The translations under genes were made by a program, and so were the position numbers. A stretch of DNA of 64,000 nt from Cyanophora paradoxa CCMP329 (lineage: Eukaryota > Plantae > Glaucophyta): positions 113,852 to 177,851 of the forward strand of contig QPMI01000205.1 of assembly GCA_004431415.1 (NCBI GenBank), given 5' to 3'. Positions 12,001-24,285 of this stretch are shown here, in pieces. The notes beneath the pieces were generated by a model. The model was not told the DNA's origin. It saw nothing but the letters and a program-made list of their open reading frames with translations, and did no database searches. Within the stretch, counting starts at the first letter, position 1; each line of letters starts with the position of its first letter.

Positions 12001-12780
12001 CCGGCGCGGGGGGCGGGGACCTGCTCGGCGGGGAGGCCGAAGGCGTCCCAGCCCATCGGGTGCATCACGTTGTAGCCCCGCATCCGCTTGTACCGCGCCA
12101 CGATGTCCGTCGCCGTGTACCCCTCCGGGTGCCCCACGTGCAGGCCGGCCCCGCTGGGGTAGGGGAACATATCGAGGACGTAGAACTTGGGCTTGCTCGT
12201 GTCGGGCTTCTCCGGCGTGCGGAAGGTCTTGTTCTCGAGCCAGTACTGCTGCCACCGCTTCTCCACCTCCGTGAACGGGTACGTCGCCCCCTCCTGCCGC
12301 CCCCCCGCCTCAGCCAGGCCCCGCCCCGCGGCCCCGCCGCCGGCGGCGAAGGGTTCCCCACGCACCGCAGAAGACGCGCCCGAGGAGGCTGGGCGGCGGG
12401 CGGCGGGCACGTCAGTTGGCCGCCGCGCGGCGGAGCGGCTCGCGGGGCGCACCGGCCGGCGAGGGCGAGGACGGGGTCGAGACAGCGTCCGCCTGCGCGC
12501 GGATCGAGCCAGAGGCCGCGTCCTGGCTTATCGAGCGGGCCGCGCGCCCCGCGCGGGCCGCCGCAAAGAGCCGCTCGCTGACGTCTGGCCGGAAGAGCCG
12601 ATCCGCGAGGCGCAGGCCCGAGTACTGCGGGATGACGTTGAACTGCCGGCAGGAAGTAGCCGGGCGGCTGGCGACCGAAGACCGTGCGGTGATAGCTGCG
12701 CTGAGCGCGGCCGCCGGTGCGGACCGCACAAGCGACACGCCGAGGCCGAGGGCCGAGCGTGCGGGTGCCACACAAGCCAT
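9085..12780 (-). CDS. leuS: Bacterial-type (organellar) leucyl-tRNA synthetase with N-terminal targeting peptide
   Basis: [85 protein letters not shown]; Ala/Ser/Arg-rich leader; start codon uncertain. Confidence 0.95.
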
Positions 12781-13293
12781 GCCGTTCACGAATCCGATAG
12801 CCTGCGCCGGCTTCCGGCTGTCTTCAGATTCGTGCATCGCACGGTTTGTCTGAACGATCTGCGCACGTGCGGTTTGACGGGGGGATACGTTCGCTAGAGA
12901 CGGGAGATGCATCGAGTGCGCGCGGCAGGTCGCGGACGCACCGACTAGGCGGATTGCCGAGCCGCAGTATCTAGACCTTGTGAACCTGTACCCCGCTTCC
13001 AATTTGCAAGTCTCGAAAGCGTACATACCAGCGCGCTGCGCCCGCGTTCATCACAGGCTGCGTCACCACCGGATCTCCCCACGGCAGCTCGCCCCGCCCG
13101 AGCACGCACCTTGACCGATCGTCCGAGCCCCGCCAATCGCAGAGCGCGCTCTCGACTTTCTCTCGCCTAATCGCGCTTTCCTGTGTACTCCGAGCCCCAT
13201 CACTGTGCACGAGGGCCCAGCCTCGAACCAGGTTGGCTGTCGCGCACCCGCCGCGCCTCCAGAAACTGACTACTCTGAGCGCACAGCTGCAGA

Positions 13294-13364
13294 ATGACGA
13301 CGCCGGCGTCGACGGCACTGGCAGCGGCGGCGGCAGCGGCGGCGGCGGCAGCAGCGGCGGCAGC

Positions 13365-13434
<70 letters not shown>

Positions 13435-14800
13435 GCGGCGGCGGCGACAGCCCGCGCGCAGCGCTTTTTTTATGGCACTCCGCCGCGCGCAGTGCATATG
13501 GGGCCCGGGGGCGCAGGCTCAGAAGAAACTGGAGGCATAAAGCTGGAAGGCGAGGCCGCCCCGGGGCCGGCCACCGTTCCGGTCGCCGAGTCGAGGAATT
13601 GGAGTTGGATGCTGCTCGCGACCCTCGCCGGGGCCGCCCGCCCCGCCCTTCACCCCCCACCGCCCCACGCAGGCCGCAGCCCCAGCGGACGCCACGCAGG
13701 CGGGCGCCGCTAGCTCGCCCCGCGCCCGGGCGCCGGTCGTCGCGAGCTCACGCCGCCCGCCCGCGCCGATCCTTCGCCGATCCCGCATAGAGGAAGGAGC
13801 ACAAGATGAAGAAGAAGAGGGAGAAGGAGAATTCGAAGAAGAACATAAGCAAGGCGAGAGCGAAGTCTACAGCAGTCTAAAGCAAGGAGCACTTCTCCGG
13901 CCGGTTGCTGGGGTCGGGGGGTGCCGGGCGCCTCCCCGCCCTCTCTTGGGGTGCGTCTGGGGCGGCGGGCGCCCCCTCCGCCTTGGCCGTCGTCTGGGTA
14001 CCCCCCCCTCCCCCCCTGCCCCGCCTCCCTCCCCGGTTCTTTTCGCGTCTCCGACCGCGACGCCGGCAGGGGCGCCTCTGCGGTGCGGCCGCCCGAGCCG
14101 GACGCCGAGAAGGACGAGAAGGTGAGACGGGGGCCCCTTACAGTCCGCCCTCTTCCCGGCGCCCATGCCCGCTGCAGAAGGAGGAGAACGTGCCCGCAGC
14201 AGCACCGGTAGCCAGCGCGCCGGGGCAAGACGGGCGGCCCGGACTGTGGTACTGCCCCCGCCACCATCTCGGGCCTGGCGCGGCGGCAGTCTCTGCTGGC
14301 ATCGCGCGAATGTTCAATCTGTACGACCACCCGCCCCGCCCTTTCCGCGGAGGCGCTCGCCCGCAGCTGGCGGCGCGTGTCTTGCTCGCGTGGCAGGGAC
14401 GGCGGTGAGGAGGAGGAGCAGCCTGCTCTCGAGCTCGCGGTGGTCGCCGAGCGCACGGGCAGCGCTGGCGTCGGGGCGGTGTCGGGGGCGGCGAGGAGGG
14501 CCCTCACGCGTGCACCCGCCCCCAGCCAGCCGGCGGGGGACCTCCTCCCACACCTGCGCGCGCGCTCCCTGACATCCCCCGCCTCCTTAGTCCCCTCCTC
14601 CCTGACCCCCTTCCCCCTCCCCCCCCCCTCCCCTCCCCTTCCTCCCCGCCGACCACGCCGACCCCCAGTCCTCCTCCCCCTGGCCCCTCACCCCTGTTCC
14701 CCCCCCTTCTTTCTGAAGACGGCGACGGCTCTGCATTACTCACCGCGAAAGGGCGGCTCGTGCCCGTGGTGCACCTGCATCGCTGCGCCGTGAGCGGCGT
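13294..14800 (+). CDS. Possible low-complexity hypothetical gene or gene remnant
   Basis: Exon-like acidic stretches flanked by AG and GY sites (EEGAQDEEEEGEGEFEEEHKQ at about 13791-13853; KEENVPAA after 14177); no family recognised. Confidence 0.2.
13321..13446. repeat. (GGC/AGC)n trinucleotide repeat
   Basis: About 40 GGC/AGC units read directly. Confidence 0.95.
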
Positions 14801-15541
14801 CCCCGGCCCGGCTGCCCCTCTCGCTTCCGACTGTTTAGGAAATAAGCATGACAGCTCGGCGGTGCCGGGCGATCTTCCTGCTGATCCCGTTTCCCTCTCG
14901 CGCCACTGGCCGCTCACGCTCTTTCTCTCTCGCGCCCTCGATCAGCTAAGCCTGCACAGGCTAGGATCGATATCGCTCATGATCATGATCACTGAGTTGT
15001 GCTCCGAGCTCGAGGTCGAGATTCTTTGAATTTCCCTCTCGCGGCTCCCGGTCCGGACCGAGGCTCCGAGGCTCATCGATCATGATCAGCTGTACACTAG
15101 TATTGTGACACGTGCCTCTCAGATCTAGAACTTCGAAAGGTCTCATGATCATGATCACCGAGTCAGTCTCAGATCTGGTGGCCAGTGGCTCTTGAAATTT
15201 AATGGTTTCCCTCTGATGGAATTTGCAATTGAAGTTCGCGGCGGGCCCGACGCCGCGGACGCCGTCCGACGGTCAAGGTTGAACTTTGGAATTCGAATGC
15301 CAAGATCAGCGGCCCATGATCGAGGCCCTTCGAGCCTCGGATGCACGCCGCGCGCAGGGCCGGGAGAGCCACTGATCCGATCACGAGCCCAGCGTGCAAC
15401 TTGGCGATGCATGCAAATTGCCAACCGACGAGCGAGCTTCGGAGGCGGCAATCCCGAAGTTCAGCAACCGGAGTTCAAGGCTTGGTGGCTGGGAATGCTT
15501 AGGTTCTTGGTCACGAAGCCTCGTGGGTGGAAGGGGTACGG

Positions 15542-18500
15542 TCAAAGGGCGAGGAGGGCGGCGAGGAGGGCGGCGAGGAGCGTGGCGGGGGGCGGGGGGC
15601 CGGCGGGGGAGGCGGAGGAGGCTAAGGCGGCGCGCTGGGAGAGGGTGAGGCCCGAGGCGGTGAAGTCGGCCATCGCGAGGGCCCCGCCCCGCGCCACCAG
15701 CAGCTCCAGGTACGTCTGCACCCGCGCCAGCGCCTTCCCCTCTGCCCCGCCCGTCAGCGGCCCCGGGGCGGAGCGGGGCGGGCGGGGCGGGGCGGGGCGG
15801 GGCGGGGCACCTCCGACGAGAACCTGCGGGGAGCGGGGCGGGGCGGGGCTGCTTCAGAGGACGCGCAGGCATGCAAGCGAGCGCTCGACGCGGTCGGCAC
15901 CTCGGTGCGGACGAGGAGGGCGGGGGCGGCGGCGCCGGCGAGGGCGCGGCGGGCGCCGGCGGAGGCCTCGGAGACGCTGCGGAGGAGGACGCGGGCGACG
16001 CCGACGGTGCCGTCCTGGGGCGGCTGCGAGAGCGCGTCGGCGACCTGCGCGCGGAAGAGCGCCCGCGTCGCCGCGTCGAAGTTGGCGAGCGTCGCCGCCC
16101 GCCCGCCGGAGAGGCGCGTGACGGTCATGTCGAAGAGCAGCGAGCTCGCCGCGATGGGCGGGAACGACGGCGACGGCGACGGAGTCGCCGTCGCCTCCGC
16201 CCCTGCGCCTGCCGGCAAGCCCGGGGTGAGAAGGGGCGGGGCGGGGCGGGGCGCTGGCGGGGGCGGGGCGGACCGGCGGCGGGGAGGGCGGGGGCCGGGC
16301 TCGGCGACGGGGTCGCGCTGGGGGTGGCGGAGGGGGTGGCCGTGGGGAGGGGCGTGGGGCGCTGGGGCCGGAGGGCGGAGGTGTTGCCGCAGGGCCCCGG
16401 GGCGACGGGGAGGCGGAGGTTGCCGGTGAGGAGGAGGGCGAGGCCCATGGGCCCGGCGGCCGGCGGGGAGCGGAAGCGGGCGACGTCGACGTAGAGGGTG
16501 TAGTTCCCGAAGGCGTCCCCCACCTCCACCTGCTCCACCGAGTTCGCCCCGTCCGGCACCTGGCCCCGCCCCGCCCCCTCGCTCGCATGGACCCGAAAGG
16601 GCGCCGGCGCCGGCCGGGGGCGCGCGCGCACGGGGCCGCCGTTGCCGTGGAGGGTGCGGGCGTTCTGGACCTCGTAGACGGAGAGGTCAAGGTCGTTCAC
16701 GAGCGCCGCCGCCGCCCCAAGGGTCCCCGGGTAGTCGTTCCACACGAGCGTCGCCCGCAGCGGCGCGCCCCCGACGCCCGTCGCGAAGGCGCAGAAGGCG
16801 AGGGTGGTCCCCTGGTCGGCGGCGCTGACGTTGCGCTCGTGCACCCAGAGCTGGTGGGACGAGTCGTTGAAGCGCAGCGCGCGCGCCAGGGCCGGCTGCC
16901 CGAAGCCCTGGTACTTGTCCGGCGCCCCCGTCTGCAGCGCCGCCCCGGGAAGCAGCCGCCCTGCGCGCGCGCGCGCCCCGCGTCAGGCCGGCCGGCCGGC
17001 GGGAGGGCGAGGGGGGAGGGCGAGGGGGGCGGCGGGCACGGCTCGTCTCGTTGCGGACGAGGTAGCTGCCGTTGAGCATGCGGGCGCTGTTGATGAGCAC
17101 GGCGCGGATGAGGTTGCTGGACGGGCTGAACCCGTCCGCCGCGTTCTGCCGCCCCAAGACCTCGGCGCCGCCCCGGGCGCCGCCGGGCGGGCGGGGCGGG
17201 GCACCTTGGAGCCGGAGGGGTACCAGCCCTCGGTGAAGTACTGGCGGGCGAGGGTGGCGGCGGCCGCGACGACGGGCGCCGCCATCGACGTCCCCTGGTC
17301 CGCCAGCAGCGCCGCCCCCGCCTCCGTCCCGGGGCCCTCTGCGTCGCGCCCCCGCCCCTCGCCCCCGCACCCTCCGCAAGCGACGCCCCGCGCGGCAGCG
17401 CACTCGGCTTGCACTGGTACGTCCTGCGGGCGGGGCGGGGCGGGGTGGGGCGGGGGGGTCGTGCCGGGGGCGCGGGGCGGGCAGGGAAGGAGGGGGGCCG
17501 AGGGGGCGCACTTGAGGTCGTTGTCGGTGAGGGCGGAGACGATCTTGTAGCCCGGCGCCTGCGCCGGCGCGTGAGGGGCCGGGCGGGCCGGGCGGGGCCG
17601 AGGCGGGCGGGCGGGGCGCACGACGAGGTCGGGCTTGAGGCGGCCGTCGAGCGTCGGGCCCGTCGACGAGAAGTCCGCTGCCCCGCCCCCGGGCGCTCGC
17701 AGGGGCGGCGGGGCGCTCCCCCTCTCGCGCGCGCACCGACGTTGGTGTTGCCGTAGATCGTCCCGTTGATCTGGGTGGGGCAGCAGACCGCTGCCGCCCC
17801 CCGCGCATGAGCCGCGCAGGTCGCGCCCGCGCGCAATGGCACGGTGATTGGAGGGCCCGGCGCACAGGCGCCGATCCCGGAGTAGATGAACTTCTGGCAG
17901 TCGCCGCACTTCGGCTTGTCCGTCACTGGCGCGGCCGGCAGCGCTTGAGCGGCGCGCAGCGGGCAAGGCGAGGGCGCGCCGCCGCCGCACCGTACGACTT
18001 GTCGAAGGGGCCCTTGGCGAGAAAAGCAGCGTCAGGGGAGAAGGGGGATGCGGGGCGGGGCGGGGAGGGCGGACGACGGTCTGCCAGGATGCCGTGGAGC
18101 TGACGGCGGCGCCCACGGCCAGACAGTTCTTGCACGTCGCCGGCTGTGCCCCGGGGTGAGCAGCCGGCCCCTCCCCCAAGGGCGGGGCGCGGGCGGACGC
18201 TGCCGACGGTGCGGTCCCCGAAGACGCCGTCGTTGCCCGCCGCGATCACGACCGTGAAGTCCTGCACCCCCGCCCCGCCCGCGCCGCCCGCTCAGAGGGA
18301 GGGGGCGGCGGCCTGGCGGCGGGGCGGGGCGGACGCGGTAGTCCCAGGTGAACTGGTCGACGGCCCGCGCGTCCTCGTTGTACACGTTGCACAATGTCGG
18401 GTGCGACGCGTTGACGCCGCTGCAGCCCCACTGCGCCCCCGCCCCGCTCGCCCCCCGGGGAAGCGCCTGCTGCGCGGAGCGGGCGGGCGGGCGGAGCGGG

Positions 18501-20244
18501 CGGGCGGGCGGGGGGGGGGGCGGGGGGGGGGGGGGCGGGGCGGGAGGGGGGGGGGGGGGGACGGACGGAGTCGGAGTGGACGCGGGCGCCGGCCTGGTAG
18601 GCCGGGAGGAAGAGCTCCTCGTACGGATCCGGCGAGATGAGCTGCGAGGTGGCTCGGGGGCGCACGCGTGCTTCTCAGGAGGAGGGGGGAGACAGTGCGG
18701 GCGGGCGAGCGCACGGCTCCTTTCGGGCCGTCGTTGATGTCCTGCCGCCCGCCGCGTCAGGCGGGGGCGGGGCGGGGCGGGGCGGGGCGGCGGGGCGGAG
18801 CGGGCCTGGAAGATGAGACGGGCGGCGTGGGCGATGCCGTTGTACCTCGACGTCTCCGCCACGGCGGGGTCGGCGGCCTCCCAGTCGGCGGGGACGCGCC
18901 CAACAATGGTCCCCGCCACGTGCGTCCCGTGCTCGCTCTCCCCAGCCACAGCCCTCCCGATGAGGCCGTACTGGATCACCTGCCCCCGCCCCCGCTCGCT
19001 CGAGGACACCCCCGCGCACAGTCTGAAGGGGCGCGGCGGGCCTTCTTGCGGTTGAAGTCCGGGGAGGATGGTGGCGCCGAGGCGCGCAGCGCGTAGCTCT
19101 CCGCGAAGAAGCAGTGGTCGTAGTCTGCCGCGCCGCCCCGCCCCGTTAGAGGCGGCGGCCGCAGGGCGGCGGGCGGGCGGGCGGGGCACCGAGGCCGCCG
19201 TCGGCGACGGCGACGATCTGGCCCTCGCCCCGCAGGCCCCGCGCCCACATCGCGTTGCTCGCCGGGGCCCCGTCGCCGGAGCCCGAGGTGAGGAGGGTGC
19301 CGGCGTGGGCGGTGCGGCGGCGCTTGGGCGTCGTCGGCTCGATCCAGTGGACGAGGGGCTCGGCGGCGAGGCGCCCCGCGAGGCGCGCGACGTCCACGCC
19401 GGCCTCGTAGCGCACCCGCACCGCCCCCGCCCCTCCGCCCCACGCTCACCCGGCCCCGGCCCCGCCGCGTCGCCAGGTCCCGCCGCAGCGCCCGCTGCAG
19501 CCCCGCTGCGCCCCCGCCCGCTCGACACGGGCGCCCAGCGCGGCGGGGCGGGGCGGGGACCAGCGTAGGCGGCGGTGTCGAAGCCCGGGGGCGCGTGCAG
19601 GACGGCGACGAGGCCGTCGGCGGCGGCGGCGAGGCCGGGCGCCACCTTCGCCCCGTCCCGCAGCGCATCCACCCACGTCACGCCCGGCGCCAGCCTGCGC
19701 CCCGCCCGCTCGCCCCCCGCACGCCGCACGCCCCGCGGGGCAGCCGCACCGGAGGAGCTCGGCGCGGTAGGCCGAGGTGGTGACGAGGTGGGCGTCGTGG
19801 GGGACGTAGGCGCCCAGGCGCACCCCGGCGAAGGTCTCGATGGCGCCCCGCTCCCGCTCCGTCAGCGCCCGCCCCACGTGCACCTGCCCCCGCCCGCCTC
19901 ACGCCGCCGCCGCTGGGGGACGGCGGGACGTGGCGCACGAGGTAGACGCGCTCCTCGGAGTCGAAGTCGGGGCGGCCGGCGGCGGCGGCCTTGAGGCGCG
20001 CGTGGTGCCCCAGCGCCGGCTCCCGCTCCGTGTCCACCGTGTGCCCGTTCGCGAAGCACACCTGCGCGCCGCAGGCAGGGCGCCCAGCGTGAGCGCGCAC
20101 GAGGGGGCACGCAGCGCGCAGCGGCGGTGCCCGAACCCTGCGACTGTGGGTGTGGTATGGGCAGCCCTCGTCGAGTGCGGCTGCCAGCAGCCCGCTGGCG
20201 AGGCACAGGAGCAGCGCAGGGAAGATGAAGCTACGTCCCCTCAT
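15542..20244 (-). CDS. Secreted subtilisin-like S8 protease (Kp43/TagC type), probably GPI-anchored
   Basis: Signal peptide MRGRSFIFPALLLCLASG; catalytic D (VAVADGGL), H (HGTHVAGT), oxyanion N (AAGNDG), S (GTSMAAP); DGRLKPD, QYFTEGWYPSG, TLVWNDYPG, VNDLDL; hydrophobic C-terminal tail. Confidence 0.9.
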
Positions 20245-20577
20245 TCTTGAAGCCGACCGCAGCTTAGCCGTGCCGCTCCTGGCGGTGTGCAGCCCAACTG
20301 GCTGCGCTGCCTCGGAGCACACGTGGACTTCGGCGGCCGCCCGCGCTGGCCCGCGTTCTACCTTGCTGTTGTCGGGGCCTGGGGAAAGATGGTTAATCCG
20401 ATGATCCGTGCGCGGGGGAATGCGCTGGGTCGAAGCCGCCCACAGCCACACAGCAAATAGGCAAACCTCCGATGACTGCCAGAATTCGGCCGCCGCAGTG
20501 CTATAGCTATACCCGAAGCTATATCTATAGCTATAGAAGCTGACTCGTCGAGGCGGCAGCCGCGCAAGTGCCCAAAA

Positions 20578-20623
20578 GAAGCGCCCCGGAGTCGAACCGG
20601 ATTCGAGCCCTGAGGTACACTTC
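20578..20623 (-). ncRNA. tRNA-like minihelix (acceptor stem plus T arm, no D or anticodon arm) followed by TTTT
   Basis: GAAGTGT-15 nt-TCCGG-TTCGACT-CCGGG-GCGCTTC-TTTT; canonical B box GGTTCGACTCC; three G-U pairs favour the minus strand. Confidence 0.4.
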
Positions 20624-20830
20624 GTTCGCACTCACACGCGGCCGCGGGCGAGGCGGCCACCGTGGCCCATGGCACGCGGCCACGCAAGGGCCGCAACGAC
20701 ATCGACGCATCCTAGCTCCCCAGCCTGGCGCAGCCCCGGGCCCTGGGTGGAATCCAACTCGTGTTAAAACTTTTTTTTAGTTGCACTTCGTTCCGAGTTC
20801 GCGTTACTGGCGGCTCCGTGGGCTAGCAGG

Positions 20831-23800
20831 CTAGCGGGAGCGGGCGGCGGCGGAGAGGAGGGCGCGGGAGGGGGCGAAGAAGGCCTCGACGGCCTCGCGC
20901 TCGAGGCCGGCCTGCCGCCAGAACTTCTCCAGCACAGCGATGTCCCCCAGGGCGCGCCCCGCCGCCCCCCCGGCCCGCCCCGCCCGCTCCTCGACCAGCC
21001 GCTCCAGGTGCCCCGCGCAGGCGCGCAGCAGGGCCCGGGAGAGGCGGGCGCGGGCGGCCTCGCCGGCGGCCTCGCGCACGAGGGCGTCGAGGTCCTCGAG
21101 GCGGTCCACCAGCCACGCCGCCACCCCGGGCTGCCCCGCGGGGGCCACCCCGCCCTCCACGCTCGCCACCAGCGGCTCGTGCATCGCCAGCCGCACCGCT
21201 CCGGAGACCAGCCGGTCCGTCAGCGCGTCCACGCCCCGCTCGATCGCCTGCTGCGTCCCCGCTGCGCCCGCCCCCGACCTCACCCGCCATACCGCCGGCC
21301 CCGCGCCCCCGCGCGCGCGCAGCCGCACCGCTCAGGTCGAAGAGCGCCTGCAGGAGGCCCGGGGGCGCGGCGCCGCCCTCCGGCGTGTCCGGCGCGCTCC
21401 GCCCGCCCGGGCGGCGGGGTCGGCGTGCGGCTGCGGTCGGGGGAGGGCCGGCGGGGGCGCGGCCGCCCCGTCGCCCCTGGACGGGAGGGCCCGGGCTGCG
21501 CGAGGCCCGCGGGGTGCGGGAGGTGGCCGGGCGGTCCGGCGTGCGGGGCGGGGAGGGGGGAGCGGGGCGGCGGGGAGGCGGGCCCGATGGCGTCGGGGTC
21601 GGCGGCGGCGGCGGCGAGGCGGTCGCGGGCGCGGGCGAGGGCACGTCCCGCAGGTATACGAGGCTGCTCACCCGCACGCACAGCTCCCGCAGCGCGCCCC
21701 GCTGCTCCCCGTCAGCCCCCCCGCCCGCCCCCGCGCGCCGCCCGCTGCAGCGCCGCCGCCAGCGGCCCCAGCGCCGCCGCCGCCGCCTTGGCCACGGGGG
21801 AGGCGGCGGCGGGCCGGGGTCGGGGCCCGGGAGGGGCGGGGAGGGGAGGCGGCGGGCCGGGGAGGAGGCGGCGGCGAGGAAGGGGTTGCCCTTGGCGGGG
21901 AGGCCCCGGGGCGGGGCTCCTCGTCGGGGCCGGGGAGGCGGCGCGGGTGGCGGTCGGGGAGGCCTGCGGGGCGGCGGAGAGGGCGGAGGCGGCGGCGAGG
22001 GTGCGGGCGGCGACGCGGCCGAGGGCGCGCTGGAGGTCGCCCCGCAGCGCCGCGAAGTCCTCCCGCACCTCCGCCACGGCGGCCGCCAGCCGCTCGGGCC
22101 GCCGCCACGACCCGAACTCCTGCGCCGCCGGCGGCAGCCCCGAGCACGTCACCGCCTGCGCCCCCGCGTCAGGCGAGCCGGGGGGAGAGGGAGAGGAGCG
22201 CGGGGGGCGGGGGGCGGGGAGGAGGGGCGGGGCACGCACGGCGGCGTACTCGCGGATGAGGAGGTGGATGCCGGTGGCGGCGCGCAGCAGGTCCTGCTCC
22301 CCCAGCGGCAGCTCGAGGGTCGCCAGCTCCTCCGCCCCGCCGTCCACCAGCTCGCCCACCTGCACCGCGCTCCGCGCCACCCGCGCCGCCTCGAGCGCGC
22401 CGCCCCGCACCGGGCGCCACTCCTCGCCCTCGAGCGCCTCCTCGACGCCGCGCGCGTAAGCGGCCTCCTGCTGCTCGTGCCACTGCTCCAGCAGCGGCGC
22501 GCAGAGCGCCGCCGCGTCCAGCCGGGCCGCCCCGCGGGAGGCGGCCCTGAGGGCGCGGGCGAGCTGCGCGACGCGCATGGCGAGGAGGCGCGTGGCGAGG
22601 TCGAGCTCGCCCACCGAGCGCCCCACGTCCGCCTCCACCAGCCTGCCCCGCCCCGCCCCGCTCGCTCGCGAGTCGCCCGGCGGGGCGAGCGGGGCCGGGG
22701 GACAAGCGCACGAGGCGAGGCGGCCGAGGGCGACGGCGGGGGCCCAGGTGCAGGCGCAGGCGTCGGGGTGCTCGGCGCAGGCGCAGCCGTAGCCGCGCAG
22801 GCCGGCGACGACGAGGCCGGCGGCGGCGGCGACGAGGGACTCCACGTCGGGGAGGACGCGGCAGAGCTCCTGCGCCGCCCGCCGCCGTCGATCGCCCCCG
22901 CTCCGCCGCCGTCGCCCGCGCGTACCCCCGCACCACGCTCTCCTCCAGCCACCCCGCACCGTCTCCTGCGCGCCGTCAGCGCGGCCCGGGCGCGGGCGGC
23001 GGTGGCGGCGGGGCGCGCCAGGCGTGCGGGCTCGTCGAGGGGCTCGCCGAGGGCGCGCTGCCCGCGAAGAAGAGGCGCGCCTCGAGCCGCAGCGCCGCCG
23101 CCGCCGCCCCGCGCCCCGCCCCCGGCCCCGCGTGCGCCCGCAGCGCGTCCCGCATCCGCTCCCCACGAAGCGCACCGCCGCCCCGACCGCCGCCTGCCGC
23201 CCCGTCAGCGCGTGCCGGCCACGGGCTGCCGCGGGCGGCGGGCGCCTCGCACCAGGTCGGCCTCGCGCTCGACGGCGGCCTCGGGGGCGAGGGTGGCCCC
23301 CGGGCCCGGCGCGTCGGCGAGCACGCCCTCCACGACGGCCACGAGGCGGTGCAGCAGGTCGGCGCGCGCCCCCGCGCCCCGCGCCGACGCGTACTGGCCC
23401 ATCAGCTCCCCGATCCGCTCGTGCGCCCCCGCCCGCCGCTCCTCCTCCTGCTCCTCCTTCGCCGCCGCTTCTTGCCCCGCCGCCTCGCCGGCCGCCCCGG
23501 AGGGCCCGGCGACGGGGGCGGGCCCCTCCTCGTCGCCGAGGTCGCCGCCGGGCCCGAAGGGCGGGGGCGGGGTGGCGGGCGAGGCGGCGGGGGGCAGGGG
23601 CCGGTCGAGGGCGTCCTGCAGGTAGAGGGCGCCGCCCAGGACGGCGCGGCAGTCGAGCACGAAGCAGCCGCACGGGTCGTGCGCCGCCCGCAGCTTGAAG
23701 GCCGCCTTGCAGGCGTCCGCCTGGCCCTTGTTGAGGAGCACGGCGTCCAGCACCGCCGGCGCGCGCTCCGCCGGCACCGAGAAGAGCGCCTCCACGCGGG

Positions 23801-24285
23801 AGACGCCCAGCGGGTGGAAGAGCGTGCTCACGTCCGCGAACTCGCGCTGGAAGAAGCTGCGCCCCGCTCGCCTCGTCGCCGTCGCCGCGCGGGCGGGCGC
23901 CGGCGTGCGCACGGGGGCCTCCGACTCGCGAAGTCGTCCTCTGAGAAGACGCAGACCTTGAGGGCAAGGGACTGGTTCCCCAGGCTCGACTCGTTCGACA
24001 CGACCAGCGAGTACCGGTTCGAGATGAGCCGAACGCGCGCCAGGAGCTCCTCGCCGGGCTGCATCGCCATCAGAGCGTCAGCAAATCGTCGCGTTCCGCT
24101 GCTGGATCGCGCTGCGGCCGTACCGCGAGCGCTCCTGGCGGGCCCTTTACGCCCAGCTCCACAGACAGCACGTCGTGCGGGTGCGTATCGGCGACCTTTT
24201 CGGCAACCTTCCCAGCGGCATTCTCTATCGTGGATTTCACCGCGGCTTTGCCGGCGTCGACCAGCGCGGACCACTTGACGTTCAT
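20831..24285 (-). CDS. Large helical protein resembling Munc13/DUF810 (MUN-domain, PATROL1-like)
   Basis: LLEQWHEQQEAAYARGVEEALEGEEWRPV...RSAVQV resembles the MHD1 motif W..........V..A...E.W.P....SAV; C-terminal GDIAVLEKFWRQAGLEREAVE resembles the end of MHD2. Confidence 0.5.

Noticed and set aside
20578-20690. Full tRNA, tRNA-Sec or intron-containing tRNA
   Set aside because: No anticodon arm, and the upstream A-box-like sequence is not preceded by a strand that pairs with the acceptor 3' side
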